This document shows, one piece after another, positions 1 through 29,800 of a stretch of DNA of 64,000 nt. How positions within the stretch are numbered: the first letter of the stretch is position 1; every line of letters begins with the position of its first letter. Below the pieces are notes generated by a model that saw only the letters and a list, made by a program, of their open reading frames with translations, searched no databases and was not told where the DNA came from. Made by a program: the position numbers and the translations under genes. Source of the DNA: Hypanus sabinus (taxonomy: Eukaryota); the NCBI RefSeq assembly GCF_030144855.1, contig NC_082723.1, forward strand, positions 38,874,001 through 38,938,000. Reading direction: 5' to 3'.

Positions 1-430
1 CCAGGATATTGTATATAATTTGCGGGCGTCAGGGAGCCACTATCAATATGTGGGAGACTCCTGGAACTTCCGGGAGAGGTGGGATGTCTGGCATGGTTTT
101 CCTCCAGGTACTCTGGTTTGCTCCCACAGACATACCAGTTAGTAGGTTAATTGATTATTGTAAAGTGTCCCGTGATTAAGTTAGGATTAAATTGGTGAGT
201 TGCTGAGCATTGCAGCTCAATGGGCCAGAAAGGCCTCTCAAAAAGAGGATTATGTATTTTCTAAGAAATCATGACAAGCTGTAAATAGAAGCGAGACGTA
301 ATAAAGAGAATTGAAAATCAAGTATTTAGTGCACATCAGCCATTCAGTTAACTTGCAGTTTCAGTGGTGTGAACAATCCTTAAAAATGCAGACAAGATAA
401 ATGTTAGTGCCCAAGTATTAACCCTTCAAG

Positions 431-1640
431 TATAGTGGATTCTGGTTAATTGGGACACATTAGCACCAGTACATTTTGGCCCAACTAAGTGAGAAATAAG
501 CAGTAAGATAATTCAGAACTGTATTGCTCACTGCAGATTCAAACATTCAGACTTAGCAACGACAGAAAAGATTTCATTACTTCAAAAAGTTAGGAACTAA
601 AAATTTGAAGGTATGAACAACCATCTGGAGGTTACAATGAAAATGAAGATTTGGATGATGCAATTGTAGTAAGAATCCTAAAGTGCTGGCCAGAGAGAGC
701 AAGGAAATGTGTGATGTGTGGGGTAGGGTGACCTGGATGCTAGGTGACCAAGGTATTGTCTCTGCAGACCTGAGCCTGCAGTACCCCAGGCAATGGTCAC
801 GTGAAGGGTCGACCTGGACAAAGGATCGGCTCAGGTAGGGGTGGAGAGAAGTGACCGGGGTATAAGAGAATGAGCACACTGGTGGCAAGATCTCTTGGAT
901 TTGGGCTCACCCACAGGTTAAGCTGTGACTGACGCTGTGGACCGATTGGAACAGGCTCAGGCATGCTTCCGAGATAAGTACCGCTTGTTGTAACTTAGCA
1001 ATGAAGTGTGTTGTGTGCAGCAAGACTTATTTCTACTGGATCTGCAAGCTTTTGGCACAACAGTGATCATCAATATCATCGTATGAAGGCAGTCCATTAC
1101 TTGCACCAGGTGTCTGAGCTGATTTTGTTCATTTACAGTCAATCAAAAGAACACGGCAACATAAAATTACTCCATCAATAGCTATAAGGAATTAATACAC
1201 AGTTTTATAGTACTGTAGTAGTATTGATAGTGTTCTGATTTGCTCTGTATGTCATTTAAAACATAATTTATTACTCAGTTAATTGGTACTTTGTCCTGTT
1301 TTTGCCTTTTCAACTGCTTCCCTGAAACTTTGGCTAATTGGGGCGAACGCCAAGTATCAGTGACGAGAGCCAGTGCATTTTGAACACAACCACAGGAAAC
1401 ATGCTATTTAAAAACTACTTGCTCTAAGCACAGCGTAGTGTCTAAAAGCCACACAAATACACTTGACTGATGCTAGTTAGAAACTGTTCGGCAACACCAT
1501 CTGCCCCAATTAAGTAACACAGCGTCCCAAAATAAACAAAGAGAGTCCTGGGTATTTCTTTGATTAGTTTTTGATCTTTAAGGTACATCCCAAATAAGTG
1601 GCTCCCCTAAATAACCGATCACTCAATTAACTGGGTCCTT
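431..1640. mobile_element. Decayed non-autonomous pogo/Tigger-like (Tc1/mariner superfamily) DNA transposon
   Basis: TA-(C/T)AGTGGATTCTGGTTAATTGGG left end and CAATTAACTGG right end; same termini as the element at 27776-29493. Confidence 0.55.
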
Positions 1641-2173
1641 CATTCTTGAGCTCCAGAACTCAACTAGAAACTAATGGAAAACTCAGAGTAAAACTAATGG
1701 AAAATGGCTTTTAACTTACAATTTTTCACTGAATTGAACACTCTCTTTAACCACAAATCTTTGGTAAAACAAGGAATACCTGTTCTACTAACCCTAATGC
1801 TGTTGCCACCTAATTCGACAGTACATTTTACCCATTCCCTGTAAGAAAAAAAATGCCTTCCATCCCCTCAATACTTCTCACTAATCACTTTAAATCTTTT
1901 CCACTCAGCCATTTCTTTGTATTGTGAATTTCAACAATCCATTGCTTCTTTAATCTAAGGAGAGCACACCCAGCTTTTCCCATCCATCCAGGTGATTGTA
2001 TTCCTCATCCTTGGAACTTGCTAGCAAATTTCTGTACTTCTGTATTTCTGTACAAAAATCTGTACTTCTCCAAAGCTCTCCCGGCCTTCTTAAATTGGTG
2101 CTTTAATGAGACCCAAGGTGAGGGGGTGGGGTGGTGTTGGGGGAACTAGTATTTTATAAGGATTTGACCTTAC

Positions 2174-2614
2174 CTTCTCATTGCTTAGTAACTGACTTTG
2201 ATAGAGAACCTCCCCGACCAGGTCAAAGTGATCCTTTGGAGGGTCATGGCTATTGCAAGAGGGGTCCGTTTGTAAGGCTGCGTTCCCTTTGCAATGATTC
2301 TCTTCTTCCTCCTCCTGTTCGTCGTCCACTTGCCACTCGGATGGTGCGTACTGGGTGCTTTCATGATGCAATAAGTCAGCAGGGCTCAGTGTAGGTGGGG
2401 TGTTGGACATCTCATGGAGAAAGTTAGAGAAACCACGCTCATGAGCAGCCTCAATAATGGCAGGCTGGTACGTTTCACTCCAGTCATCGTCCTCTTCATC
2501 CAATGAAGGACTGTTGGGCATTAGATCTGGGAAGTAATTCTCTGGAAAACTCAGCTTCAAGTTCAATTCTTCGGTGGCAGACAGATCGTCTTCAAAGGCA
2601 ATTCCTATGGAGTC
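2174..2614 (-). CDS. ENTR1: ENTR1 coding exon 3
   Basis: ccgcag|GAC TCC...GAG AAG|gtaagg; 441 nt inside ORF 2090..2815. Confidence 0.85.
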
Positions 2615-5600
2615 CTGCGGTGGAAGGTTTGTGTGAAGAAAGGCAGGGGACAGTGGGTGTGGGAGGAGGGAAGAGTTGGTAGAAATCAAATAGGTAAGAA
2701 ATACATTGTTAGTGGAACTACTAGGAAACAGAACGGCTGCATGCATGGTACAATTAAAGTAACAGAATAAACTACCGAGGAGTATACAAATTAGTTGTGT
2801 ATATTGTTTAAACAAACTATGAGTCTTGTAGCTCAGTTTAACAGGACAGCCATTGCAGAATTTAAGTCATTTTAATGACCACAGGAAAATGAATTAGAAT
2901 CAAGCTTTGTAGCAGCATAAACAAAGACGTTTATCTGGCATACATTAGCTATTTGAGAGAATTATCTAATTTTTTCCTTTTCCTTACTCTTTCCTATAAC
3001 CCTTGAAATATTTTTCTTCAAATATTTATGAAATTTGATTTCATTTTTTCCAATCTCCTTGTCTAAACCCTTTGAAAACTGTTCTGTAAAGTATCAATTT
3101 TCACTATTCTCTCACTGATGGTCTTGCTGTCAGCTGCCTAGGCCCCAAGGCCTGAAACTTCCTTTCTAACATATGCTACCTACCTTTAGAAGAACTGTTA
3201 CCATCTCAAAGCTTTAGACCCAATTGAGCAAGTGGACAAAAACATGGCAGATAAGTATACAATGTTTCATGGTGAAATTACAATTGGAAAAAAAATGAAA
3301 GGAAATGTATTATTTAAGTGGAATTAAGAGCAGTAAGTGTTGACATACAAAGAGATTTGAATGTCCTTGTACTTCAGTCACTGGAAACAACCATGATATT
3401 GCAACAAGCAGTTAAAGAGAGTAAATATCCACCTCGCAGATGATCAACACTGGCGCACCACAGGGATGTGTGCTCAGCCACACAGCTACGCCCATGACTG
3501 TGTGGCTAGGAACACTTCAAATGCCATCTATAAATTTGCTGACAAACAGCTATTGTTGGCAGAATTTTAGGTGGTGCTGAAAAGGCGTACAGGAGTGAGA
3601 TAAATCAGCTAGTTGAATGGTGTCGCAGTAACAACCTTGCACACATGTCAGTTAGACCAAAGAATTGATTGTGGACTTCAGAAAGGGTAAGTTGAGGGAA
3701 CACACACCTGTCCTCATAGAGGGATCAGAAATGTCAAGTTCCTGGATGTCAACATCTCTGAGGATTTATCCTGGGTCCAAGATATCAACACAACTACAAA
3801 GTAGGCACAATAGCATCTATATTTCATTAGGAGTTTGAGGAGATTTGGTGTGTCACGAAAAACACTCACAAATTTCTACAGATTTTCCTATGGAGAGCAT
3901 GCTAGCATTCTAACTGGCGTCATCATCTGGTATGAGGGGGGTGAGTTATTGCACAGGATCAAAAGAAATTGCAGAAAGTTGTGAGCTTATTCAGCTCCAT
4001 CATGGGTACTAGCCTCCATAGTATCCAGGTCAACTTCAAGGAGCAATGCCTCAAAAAGACCATCATTAAGGACATGCCCTGTTCACATTTTTTACCATCA
4101 GGAAGGAGGTACAGGTGCCCGGAGGCACACACTTAATGATTCAGGAACAATTTCTTCCCTTTTGCCATTTGATTTCTCAATGGACATTGAATCCATGAAC
4201 ACTACCTCACTACTTTTTTTAAGATTTCACAACATATGCCAGTATTATTAAAACTAATTCTGAAAGCATGTTGGCCTTCTGTGAGTTTCGGTCACTTTAT
4301 CTAAGAGTAAATAACATTTACCATTTCAGAGATTGGAGCGAAGATTCACCAGACCGTTTCCAGGGATACCAGAACTGCTGTATTAGAGAGTAAATCAACC
4401 ATTGTGTGCATTCATTGGAACTTTAAAGAGGGATCAAATGAGAAAATCCTGACAGGGTCTGATAAACTGATAAGGGGAAGTAATATTTCCTTTGACTGGG
4501 ATCTAGAATGAGGGTTCTCATCTCAGGTTACAGGGACTGAAATAAAAAGCAAGGTAAGTGAAATCAGGAGATAGATGATTTTCCAGACACAAAAGATATA
4601 TGGCGTAGGGGTAGAGTGGGAAACTGGGATGATAGATAATCAACCATCATTGTATTAAGTGGTGGAGTAGGCTTGCACGAGCTGATCCTATGATTCCAAG
4701 TAAATCTCCCCTTTTCCAAGAATGAAAGTTCTCTACTAACCCAGGTTATTGCTATGAGAGTAAGAGTTGTACGCACCTTCAGCTGTTGGTGTGTCTGCTT
4801 TTTCACCTCTTCCCCTTTAGTTGTTGATCGACTTTTAACCTTGATAAATTCCTTAAAGGAAAAAGGGTTTGTTTCTTCATCATCCTTTTCACCTGGAAGA
4901 GGCAGGCAAAACCAAAAGAAAATTAAATGACACAGTTCAGTAAATGCTCAGTAACGCTGAATAAACTGGTCTTGATCAGAGCAGTGCCAAATTACTAAAC
5001 TTGCTTTTTGTGACACCTGGGAGGGGAAAATATTATCAACCTGTGTTCCTGCACTAGTGCTTAAACTGGGATGCATCTGTTGGAGATTGGAAAGCTTGTC
5101 CCATCCCCAAAACTAAGCGGTCTGGTGATATTTATGACAGCATCGGGGGAAATGATGGGGCAGAAAATTGCTTGGCTGATGGTCAAGCAGTTTCCTGGCC
5201 CATCATTTCCCCAGATACCACAGAAGAATGTATTTCTGGCCGTTAAATGAATCAAGAGATATGGGGCTAGGGGAGGAAAATGATGCTGAGATAGAAGCTC
5301 AGCCATGATCACGTGGAAGGTCTCTGAGAGGCCAAAAAGCCTCTTTATGTTTTTATAGGCAGGATTATTCCTGATAGTTTCAGCCACCTGAACTTGCACT
5401 TTCTCCTGTACCCACTTGGAAAGGCTTCAGTATATAATTCAAACCAACATTCCCAGCATAGAGCTGTGGATATACTGCACCGTGAAAAGGGTCATTGATA
5501 TATCATCTGCCTCTCAAATGGGCATCAAAGAACCTACAACAGCATTACAAAGTGCAGAGATGTCCCATTTCTTTAGGCAATATTCATCCTCAACTAATAC

Positions 5601-6982
5601 TAAACAACTAGATATTAAGAGGAACAGCTGGAGTGGCACCTCTTCTCCAGGGCACCACTGCTCAATACAAGTGGACATGGCTTTAAGGTAAGGGGTGGGA
5701 AGTTCCAGGGGGATATTAGAGGAAGGTTTTTTTACTCAGAGAGTGGTTGGTGTGTGGAATGCACTGCCTGAGTCAGTGGTGGAGGCAGATACACTAGTGA
5801 AATTTAAGAGACAGGTATTTGGAGCAATTTAAGGTTGGGGGTTATATGGGAGGCAGGGTTTAACATTGTGGGCCAAAGGGCCTGTACTATGCTGTACTAT
5901 TCTATGTTCTATAGAACATTATCTCAGCTGTTGCTTGTGGTATTTTTGTACCAGAGTCAATACGTTGGTAGCCATTTCGAGGAACTTTTATAAAATCTGA
6001 TTGAATCCCATGGGGTGAGGTGTTATTGGAGGTACACTTCTTGGGAGAATGACATATAAAGGGCCACTGGTTTGTATTGTTAACACTGTGTCTCTCCAAC
6101 AAAAGAGTACTTCCAGTATTTTCAACATAAAAAGCTGACACACTCTGAGATAACAAGGAACTCCCAGTTAACTCAATGGGCAAATATCTAGCTAGTTGAC
6201 TACAATGTGGGAAGTTATGAAACTCTCTACTTTAGCAAAATAAATAAAAAAAAGCAGTGGCTAAAATCAAGGAATTGCAGAAATCTAACATGCAGCAGTG
6301 TTTGGGTTTCCTTCCCGAAATGATTCAGGAAGCTAATGATCTTTTCTTGTACTGGAATTGGTCCGCAAAACAAAGGGGACCAGATACAGAATACCGTGTA
6401 CGGTATTGGCGTTTTTGTACAAGGAATGACGTTAAATCATTGAAAGTAGTTAAGTGAAGGCTTAGTGGACAGGTATCCCGGATTGTTTTGTGAGGCGAGG
6501 CTGTAAGAGTGCGAGATGACTTGACTAAAACGTACACAATTTTAGGAGTTTTAACAGGATAACTACAACGAGAGTGATTGTTTAAACAGTAAGGGGTCAC
6601 TCATTTAAAACAGAGATGAGGCAAGATTTTATTCTCACGAGGATTATGACCATTTGGAACTGTGGACGCAGAGTATCTGGGTATTTTAAGACAGTGGTAA
6701 ATTGTTTCTAGATAAGCAAGGTGGGGGGGGAGGTTGAAAGTGAGTAAACAAGAATGCAGAGGCAAGAACAGATCAACCACTATTGTCGTTTAAAATCGCT
6801 GTGCAAATGGCTCGAACCTCCGGAGACAGCTGCAGGGTAATTCCAACCCCGCCACCATTGCAGATTAACTGCACTGAAAGGGGGGGGGGGGTCAACAGCT
6901 GCCTTCTACCGGATCGAGGGTTATCCCACAGACCCAGCATCGGTGATCATGCCACCTCACCTCGCTCTCCCCGGGAGCTCAT
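2174..6982 (-). CDS. ENTR1: ENTR1/SDCCAG3 (endosome-associated trafficking regulator 1), 5' part; coding exons 6982-6961, 4892-4777, 2614-2174; gene continues left of the window
   Basis: Spliced translation MSSRGER-GEKDDEETNPFSFKEFIKVK...LK-DSIGIAFEDD...EEDDDWSETYQPAIIEAAH...SNEK. NPFSFxEF and DDWSxxYxPxxIE are SDCCAG3 hallmarks. GT/AG sites and phases (1,0,0) are consistent. Head-to-head with PMPCA. Confidence 0.88.
3430..4215 (+). mobile_element. Rex1/Babar-like LINE 3' fragment inserted in older CR1 debris
   Basis: [23 protein letters not shown] and LRRFG motifs with frameshifts; same family as 32460-33500. Confidence 0.8.
4777..4892 (-). CDS. ENTR1: ENTR1 coding exon 2
   Basis: tcttccag|GT GAA AAG...ETNPFSFKEF...CTG AAG|gtgcgt; 116 nt. 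Confidence 0.88.
5655..5910 (+). mobile_element. CR1 LINE 3' end
   Basis: RGHGFKVRG...FFTQRVVGVWNALPESVVEA followed by a ctatgttctat tail. Confidence 0.75.
6961..6982 (-). CDS. ENTR1: ENTR1 coding exon 1 (MSSRGER+G)
   Basis: gaggATGagc start; donor GAG|gtgagg at 6960; phase 1 joins the GT of exon 2 to give Gly. Confidence 0.7.
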
Positions 6983-7075
6983 CCTCACCCCGGTCAGCAG
7001 GCCGTTGTCAAGGGCCACTTGACCCGGAACTCGTTCTTGCCCGGGCAAGTGGCCGGAAGTTCACAGGTAGCCAAG

Positions 7076-7083
<8 letters not shown>
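6983..7083. promoter_or_regulatory. CpG-island bidirectional promoter shared by ENTR1 and PMPCA
   Basis: Only 93 nt between the divergent ATGs. ETS/GABP cores CCGGAA 7024-7029 and CCGGAAGT 7053-7060; YY1 motif CAAGATGGCGGC overlapping the PMPCA ATG; CpG-rich about 6780-7450. Confidence 0.8.
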
Positions 7084-24792
<17,709 letters not shown>

Positions 24793-26001
24793 GCAGCTCT
24801 GATTACCTGACTGAACAGAAAAGCCATTGTACTCCAGGTTCCTGGTCGTTGTTTATCCACGAGCTGCTTCTGTTGAGTGCGGGGTAATCGTTTGTAAGTA
24901 GAGGGGAAGAGAGGTTTGATATGTGATCTGATTGGTTTTATATAAAGGGGGGGAGCTGAAAATCTTTTAAAGTAAGAACTGTGATTACTTTGTTATGTGA
25001 TGCTGCTATTGTTCATCTGCTCCTGGACTGTGATAATTCTCACTGCACAGTGAATGTCACATCCCATAATGTCTTAATCGTTCTAACACAAGGAACCTTT
25101 GCTCGATCCCGATATCTTTCCTAGGCTTCTGCCTCCAACTGGGAGGTTGTACAGGAAAATCTGAAAAACTACATAACATTTTCCAGTGCCTCCTATCACG
25201 TGCACTTATTTCTCCCACCTTATCCATTGTCCCCATTTGCTACATGCTGGTGTATACCCTTTCATCTAGATCTCCTCCCACCTTTGCTTAATCTCATCCT
25301 ACCAATCAGTAACAGAGTCAGTGCAGTGGGATATGGGGCTTTGTGCAGGTGAGACTTGCCCATGTTGCTAGTTAGAGTGCTTGATTCTTGTTCCTCACAC
25401 TGAGCTGCAGTGCAACTAAGAGTTGATGATAGGTGCTGTAACAGAACCACTGTTGATGTGGTTAAGATCAATGCTCATGGAAAAAGCAGCAGAGCTAAGT
25501 ATTATTAAATACCTTCAAAGAAAGTTGGTGAGAATAGGTCAATGTACACAGACTACAGGTTTAACTGTTATTGAAATCAAATGGATCATGGGAGGATTGA
25601 GTGGTTTGCTGGTGCTCTTGAACCAGCTGGAAAGAGGATTCCTGTTCCTTCCTTAAGTAGTGGGGGGACAGGATGCAGTAAATGGCCTCAATTTATGTCT
25701 ACCCTATCCCAGCTGTTATGTTAATTAGAATACACTGAGTATAGTTAACCCCTAAAGTTGCTATACATGGTTGTACACGTTTATGCACCCATCAGTTTTC
25801 AATAAGCCACCCAGACCACTATGGGGAAGAATTTGGCTGTACACTCCAAGGTTTGAATGATATCTCTTCAAACCACTGGTTAATATGACCACGATGTGAG
25901 CGAGCAGTTTTTTTCCCTGTGCGGACTTACACGCAGTAGTCACCGTCAGAAGCTCGCAGAGTGATACTCGGAGCACTCGTGATATTGTTTAATAATTGTC
26001 A

Positions 26002-26007
26002 AATAAA
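26002..26007 (+). terminator. Probable PMPCA polyadenylation signal AATAAA
   Basis: First canonical AATAAA I found after the PMPCA stop, followed by GT/T-rich sequence; an ATTAAA at 25504 is an alternative. Confidence 0.55.
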
Positions 26008-26489
26008 ATAAGACTAACAGTTTGGTGCAGTCTGTTCACTAGTTTCTTTGGTAACAGCCTTAATTATTTTAAAAGAAGGGTGGTATTGAAATTCAAGGTA
26101 TTGCAGCAAGATTACAAAGGAACAAATCCTGGAAGATCAGCGTTCCTGGCCTGGGTATTGTTTTCCTGCTCACTGACTCCCATTGATGATGAGATGCCTG
26201 TGAATTATGGATGAGAACAAGATATTGTGAAATTACATCACCCTCGCTGCAACATCTTGCTGTTATTTATGGTGTATGTTTAAAGAATGGCCACCTAGAA
26301 TGCATAGCTTGTACCCGTGCACACAGGAACTCCTGGGGACCACAGAATCCAGCAAACTTCAGAGGAAGACACTTAGAAATAACATTAAGCAATTTTATCA
26401 AGTTCCAACATTTGATTTTTTAAATCTAATGTCTGAAACATTTCCAATGTGTTGTAAATACAAAATATAAAAAACAAGGCAATGATCAA

Positions 26490-26495
26490 TTTAAT
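26490..26495 (-). terminator. Probable INPP5E polyadenylation signal ATTAAA
   Basis: ATTAAA on the minus strand about 190 nt after the stop, followed by a U/GU-rich tract (ttgttttttatattttgt). Confidence 0.45.
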
Positions 26496-26686
26496 GTGCA
26501 CACACAGCTACTATTTATAACCAGGTTCCATGGCACCCTTGCCTACACTGTCCTTTGTCCTTGGCATTGCATCTGTGGTTGGCTGGTCTGTGGCAAGGGC
26601 TTTAGTAAAGTGTGAGGTCAGGCCTGCATCCGGTACCTCCATCCCATTGCAGATTTAGGAAGCTTCATGTTTCGTTGTTAGTTGTA

Positions 26687-26816
26687 TCAGGAGACACTGC
26701 AGATAGTGCTGTTCTTCTGGTTCGATAAAGCATGTTGTTTCTGCTCATTGAGGAACCGTCTCTTTATTCCCTCCAAGTAAATATCTCTGTAAAACTGACC
26801 GGCACACAGTGGGATG
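26687..26816 (-). CDS. INPP5E: INPP5E coding exon 10 (terminal)
   Basis: [45 protein letters not shown]; 130 nt. Confidence 0.95.
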
Positions 26817-29800
26817 CTGAAGGAACAAAGCAGACAAATTTAATGCAAACAAAAACATTTTACTACACATACTCCTGATATCCAATTCTTTTTTCACACA
26901 AAGTTTCTGCAGCCAGTCCTGCATCATAGCCCTTAAGGTGCCCCCAGTTCTCCATAGAAGGTGGCTATTAAGAGCCCAGTAAAAGACAAAAACATAGATT
27001 GTGAACAGCACTCTCAGACCTCCTTCACTTCGGGTTTTATAAAACCACAAGTGACTGATCAAGACGAGTAAATGGGGGGGGGGGGGGAGGAAGTGTCGAT
27101 GTCTTACTTATCTCTTCCTGGTCGAATCCTGACTTGATAGAAGCAGTAAACAGGCCTGTGGTCTGAGGTTTTAATGGAATTGCAGGAGCCATACTTAACC
27201 ACAAGAATGTCACCTTTCTGCCGACTCTTGCATATGATTCTATCCTGTAAGATGTGAGGATTAAAGTCAAAGTTGCTCCCTTTTGTATTTCATAACAATA
27301 CAGAGATCTCAATGGGAAGTATAAGATTAGCTTTATTTGTCACATATAAATCAACATACACAGTGAATACATTGTTTATGTCAAACTCCAAGGTTGTGCT
27401 GGGGGCAGCCCGAAGTGTTGCCATAGCGTGCATACAACTTACCAATCCCAATGCGTACATCTTTGGAATGTGGGAGGAAACCGGAGGACTCAGAAGAAAC
27501 CCATGTGATCATAGGGAGAATGTACACTGTCCTATTAATACAGTCTTTGGAAAACATGTTTAAACACCTGTAATTTCCCAACAAGCTTGAAAATACTTTG
27601 TTTTCAACTTGCGCTTCTGAAATATCCAGCAATACCCTTTCAGACATCATATTGCTGATTGTAACAAGTTGTTGTATTAAAAATATCTTATCCTGCCTCT
27701 GGTTCATCTAATGTCACTTTTAAATATGCCGCCACCTTCTCCTCCCCTGGAAAGCCTTCCTCATGTAATTCAATCTACAGTGGACTCTGGTTAACTAGCA
27801 AACATCAGGACTAGTACACTTTGGGTGAATTAAGTAGCTACCTCAATTAGCTGAAGTTTCATGGAAATATAGTTTAGAAAGGTTTATTGTCAAAGAATGT
27901 ATAAATTATATACAACCTTCAGATTTTCTTGCTCACAGGTAACAAAGCAAGAAATCAAAAAGAACCCAATTAAAGAAAAAAAATTAAAGGCCAACACTCA
28001 ATGTGCAAGAAAAAAAATACATATCATGCAGACAGCAGCATTCCAAACCAAACCTGAGTCCTCAGATCTGAACCCCAGAGCAGCCCAAAGCCTTACGTAT
28101 CAGTTCATCATATTAGCAGCACAAAGCACAGCAGTCTTCAAAGCATCTTAGCAATGACTCACGGAGAATGAGCAAAATTAACTCTTGTCCTGACTGTCAC
28201 CCTATCCTTTCAGTGGACTAGCATTTAAATTGACCAAACAACGAAACGGTGAAAGTCTCTGGTGCCCTGGAAAGAGCAATGAAGTTTGCAAAGAGCAAGC
28301 AAAATTGGCTCTCGCCTCCGATTTGGGCCAGTGCTTAAATTGCCTAAAAAGCAAATCGTATATTGCACCAAGACCTGGGTGCTGCTGCTGCGATAGGTTC
28401 TGGGTCTAGACCACGCCACCCAGTGACTCGCTCCAGGCCTAGACCGGAAACTGCTCTCAAGCTCTTCAAATCAGCTTGGCGCCCAGAGTGATCCATACTC
28501 ACTCCCAGGCCAGCTGTCCAAGCGTCGGAACTCCACCTGCAACAATTCTGTAATACACCATCTCAGCTCACCCCCGAATTTACCTCACCATCACTCGCCT
28601 CTTCACTGTCTGCGGCGATAATTTAACACAATTTGCCTCAAAAGGTATTTTTAGTGATGTTTATAGTCAGATTTCTTAGTTTTTTGACTACCAGAAAGCT
28701 GACGCACATGTCCAGTAGTGCCATCTTAACCAAAACACTTTTATTGTAACATTCAAGATGTTTGTCCCTACTTTCAAATTCTTCTAGCTCCTAACTTCGA
28801 AGTAGTGAAATCACCCCATTTTCACACTAGGCTGTTTTCTAGCATCTCCAAGCCTGAATGCTTGAAATCATAATGCGCAAAACAGTTCTGAATTGTCTTT
28901 AGAATGCAAACACAAGAAAATCTGCAGATGCTGGAAATTCAAGCAACACACACAAAATGCTGGTGGAACACAGCAGGCCAGGCAGCATCTTTCGGAAGAA
29001 GTCCACTGAGTTGTCTTACTGCTCGGCACCTATCTGTGACGGAAGTCACTGCTTTTTGAACATTTGTACATAATTGATGTTATTTATAAAATATTTGTTC
29101 AAAGTATGGTGTAGTGTTTTAATGGCCACAGAAGTGCCACTAGTTAGTAACTGTTTTGGTGGCGTAGCAGTTAGCACAATGCTATTACAGCTCAGGGCAT
29201 CAGAATTCAATCCCAGCATCCCCTGGAAGGAGTTTCTGTACATCCTCCCCATGAAATTCATGGATGTTCTTCAGGTGGTCCAGTTTCCAGTTTCCTCCCA
29301 CAGTACAAACATATGCTGAGTAGGTTAAACTGCCCTGTGAGTAGGTTAGGTTTAAATCGGGGTTGCTGAGGCAGTGCGTCTTGAGGGACTGGAAAGGTCT
29401 ACTCTGTGCTGTGTCTCTAAATAAATAAATGCAATGGGTAAATAAACAGACAAACAGATACTGTCCTGGCCCAATTAACTGGAACCTACTGTATATTGAG
29501 AACTCTTAATTGAATCACCCTTTAATGTTTTCTGGTAAGAAGAATTATCTCAGCTGACCAGAATAACAAATTAGCAGGAAGACTGGTAACAGAGGGAACG
29601 CCAAAGCCTGAAACTGCTACAGAAATAAACTCCTGTTGATTCTTTACCGTATAAGATGGAGTCCTTTTCTTTGCACTGCTGTCGTACACATCAGATCCAA
29701 TGTCAAATTTGTAGGTGGGAGGAAAACTTATTTCGGCTTCTCTGAACCCTTTGAAAACAGAGCCTGTGGAACAAGGAAAGATCAGATAAGTGAGCTTCAA

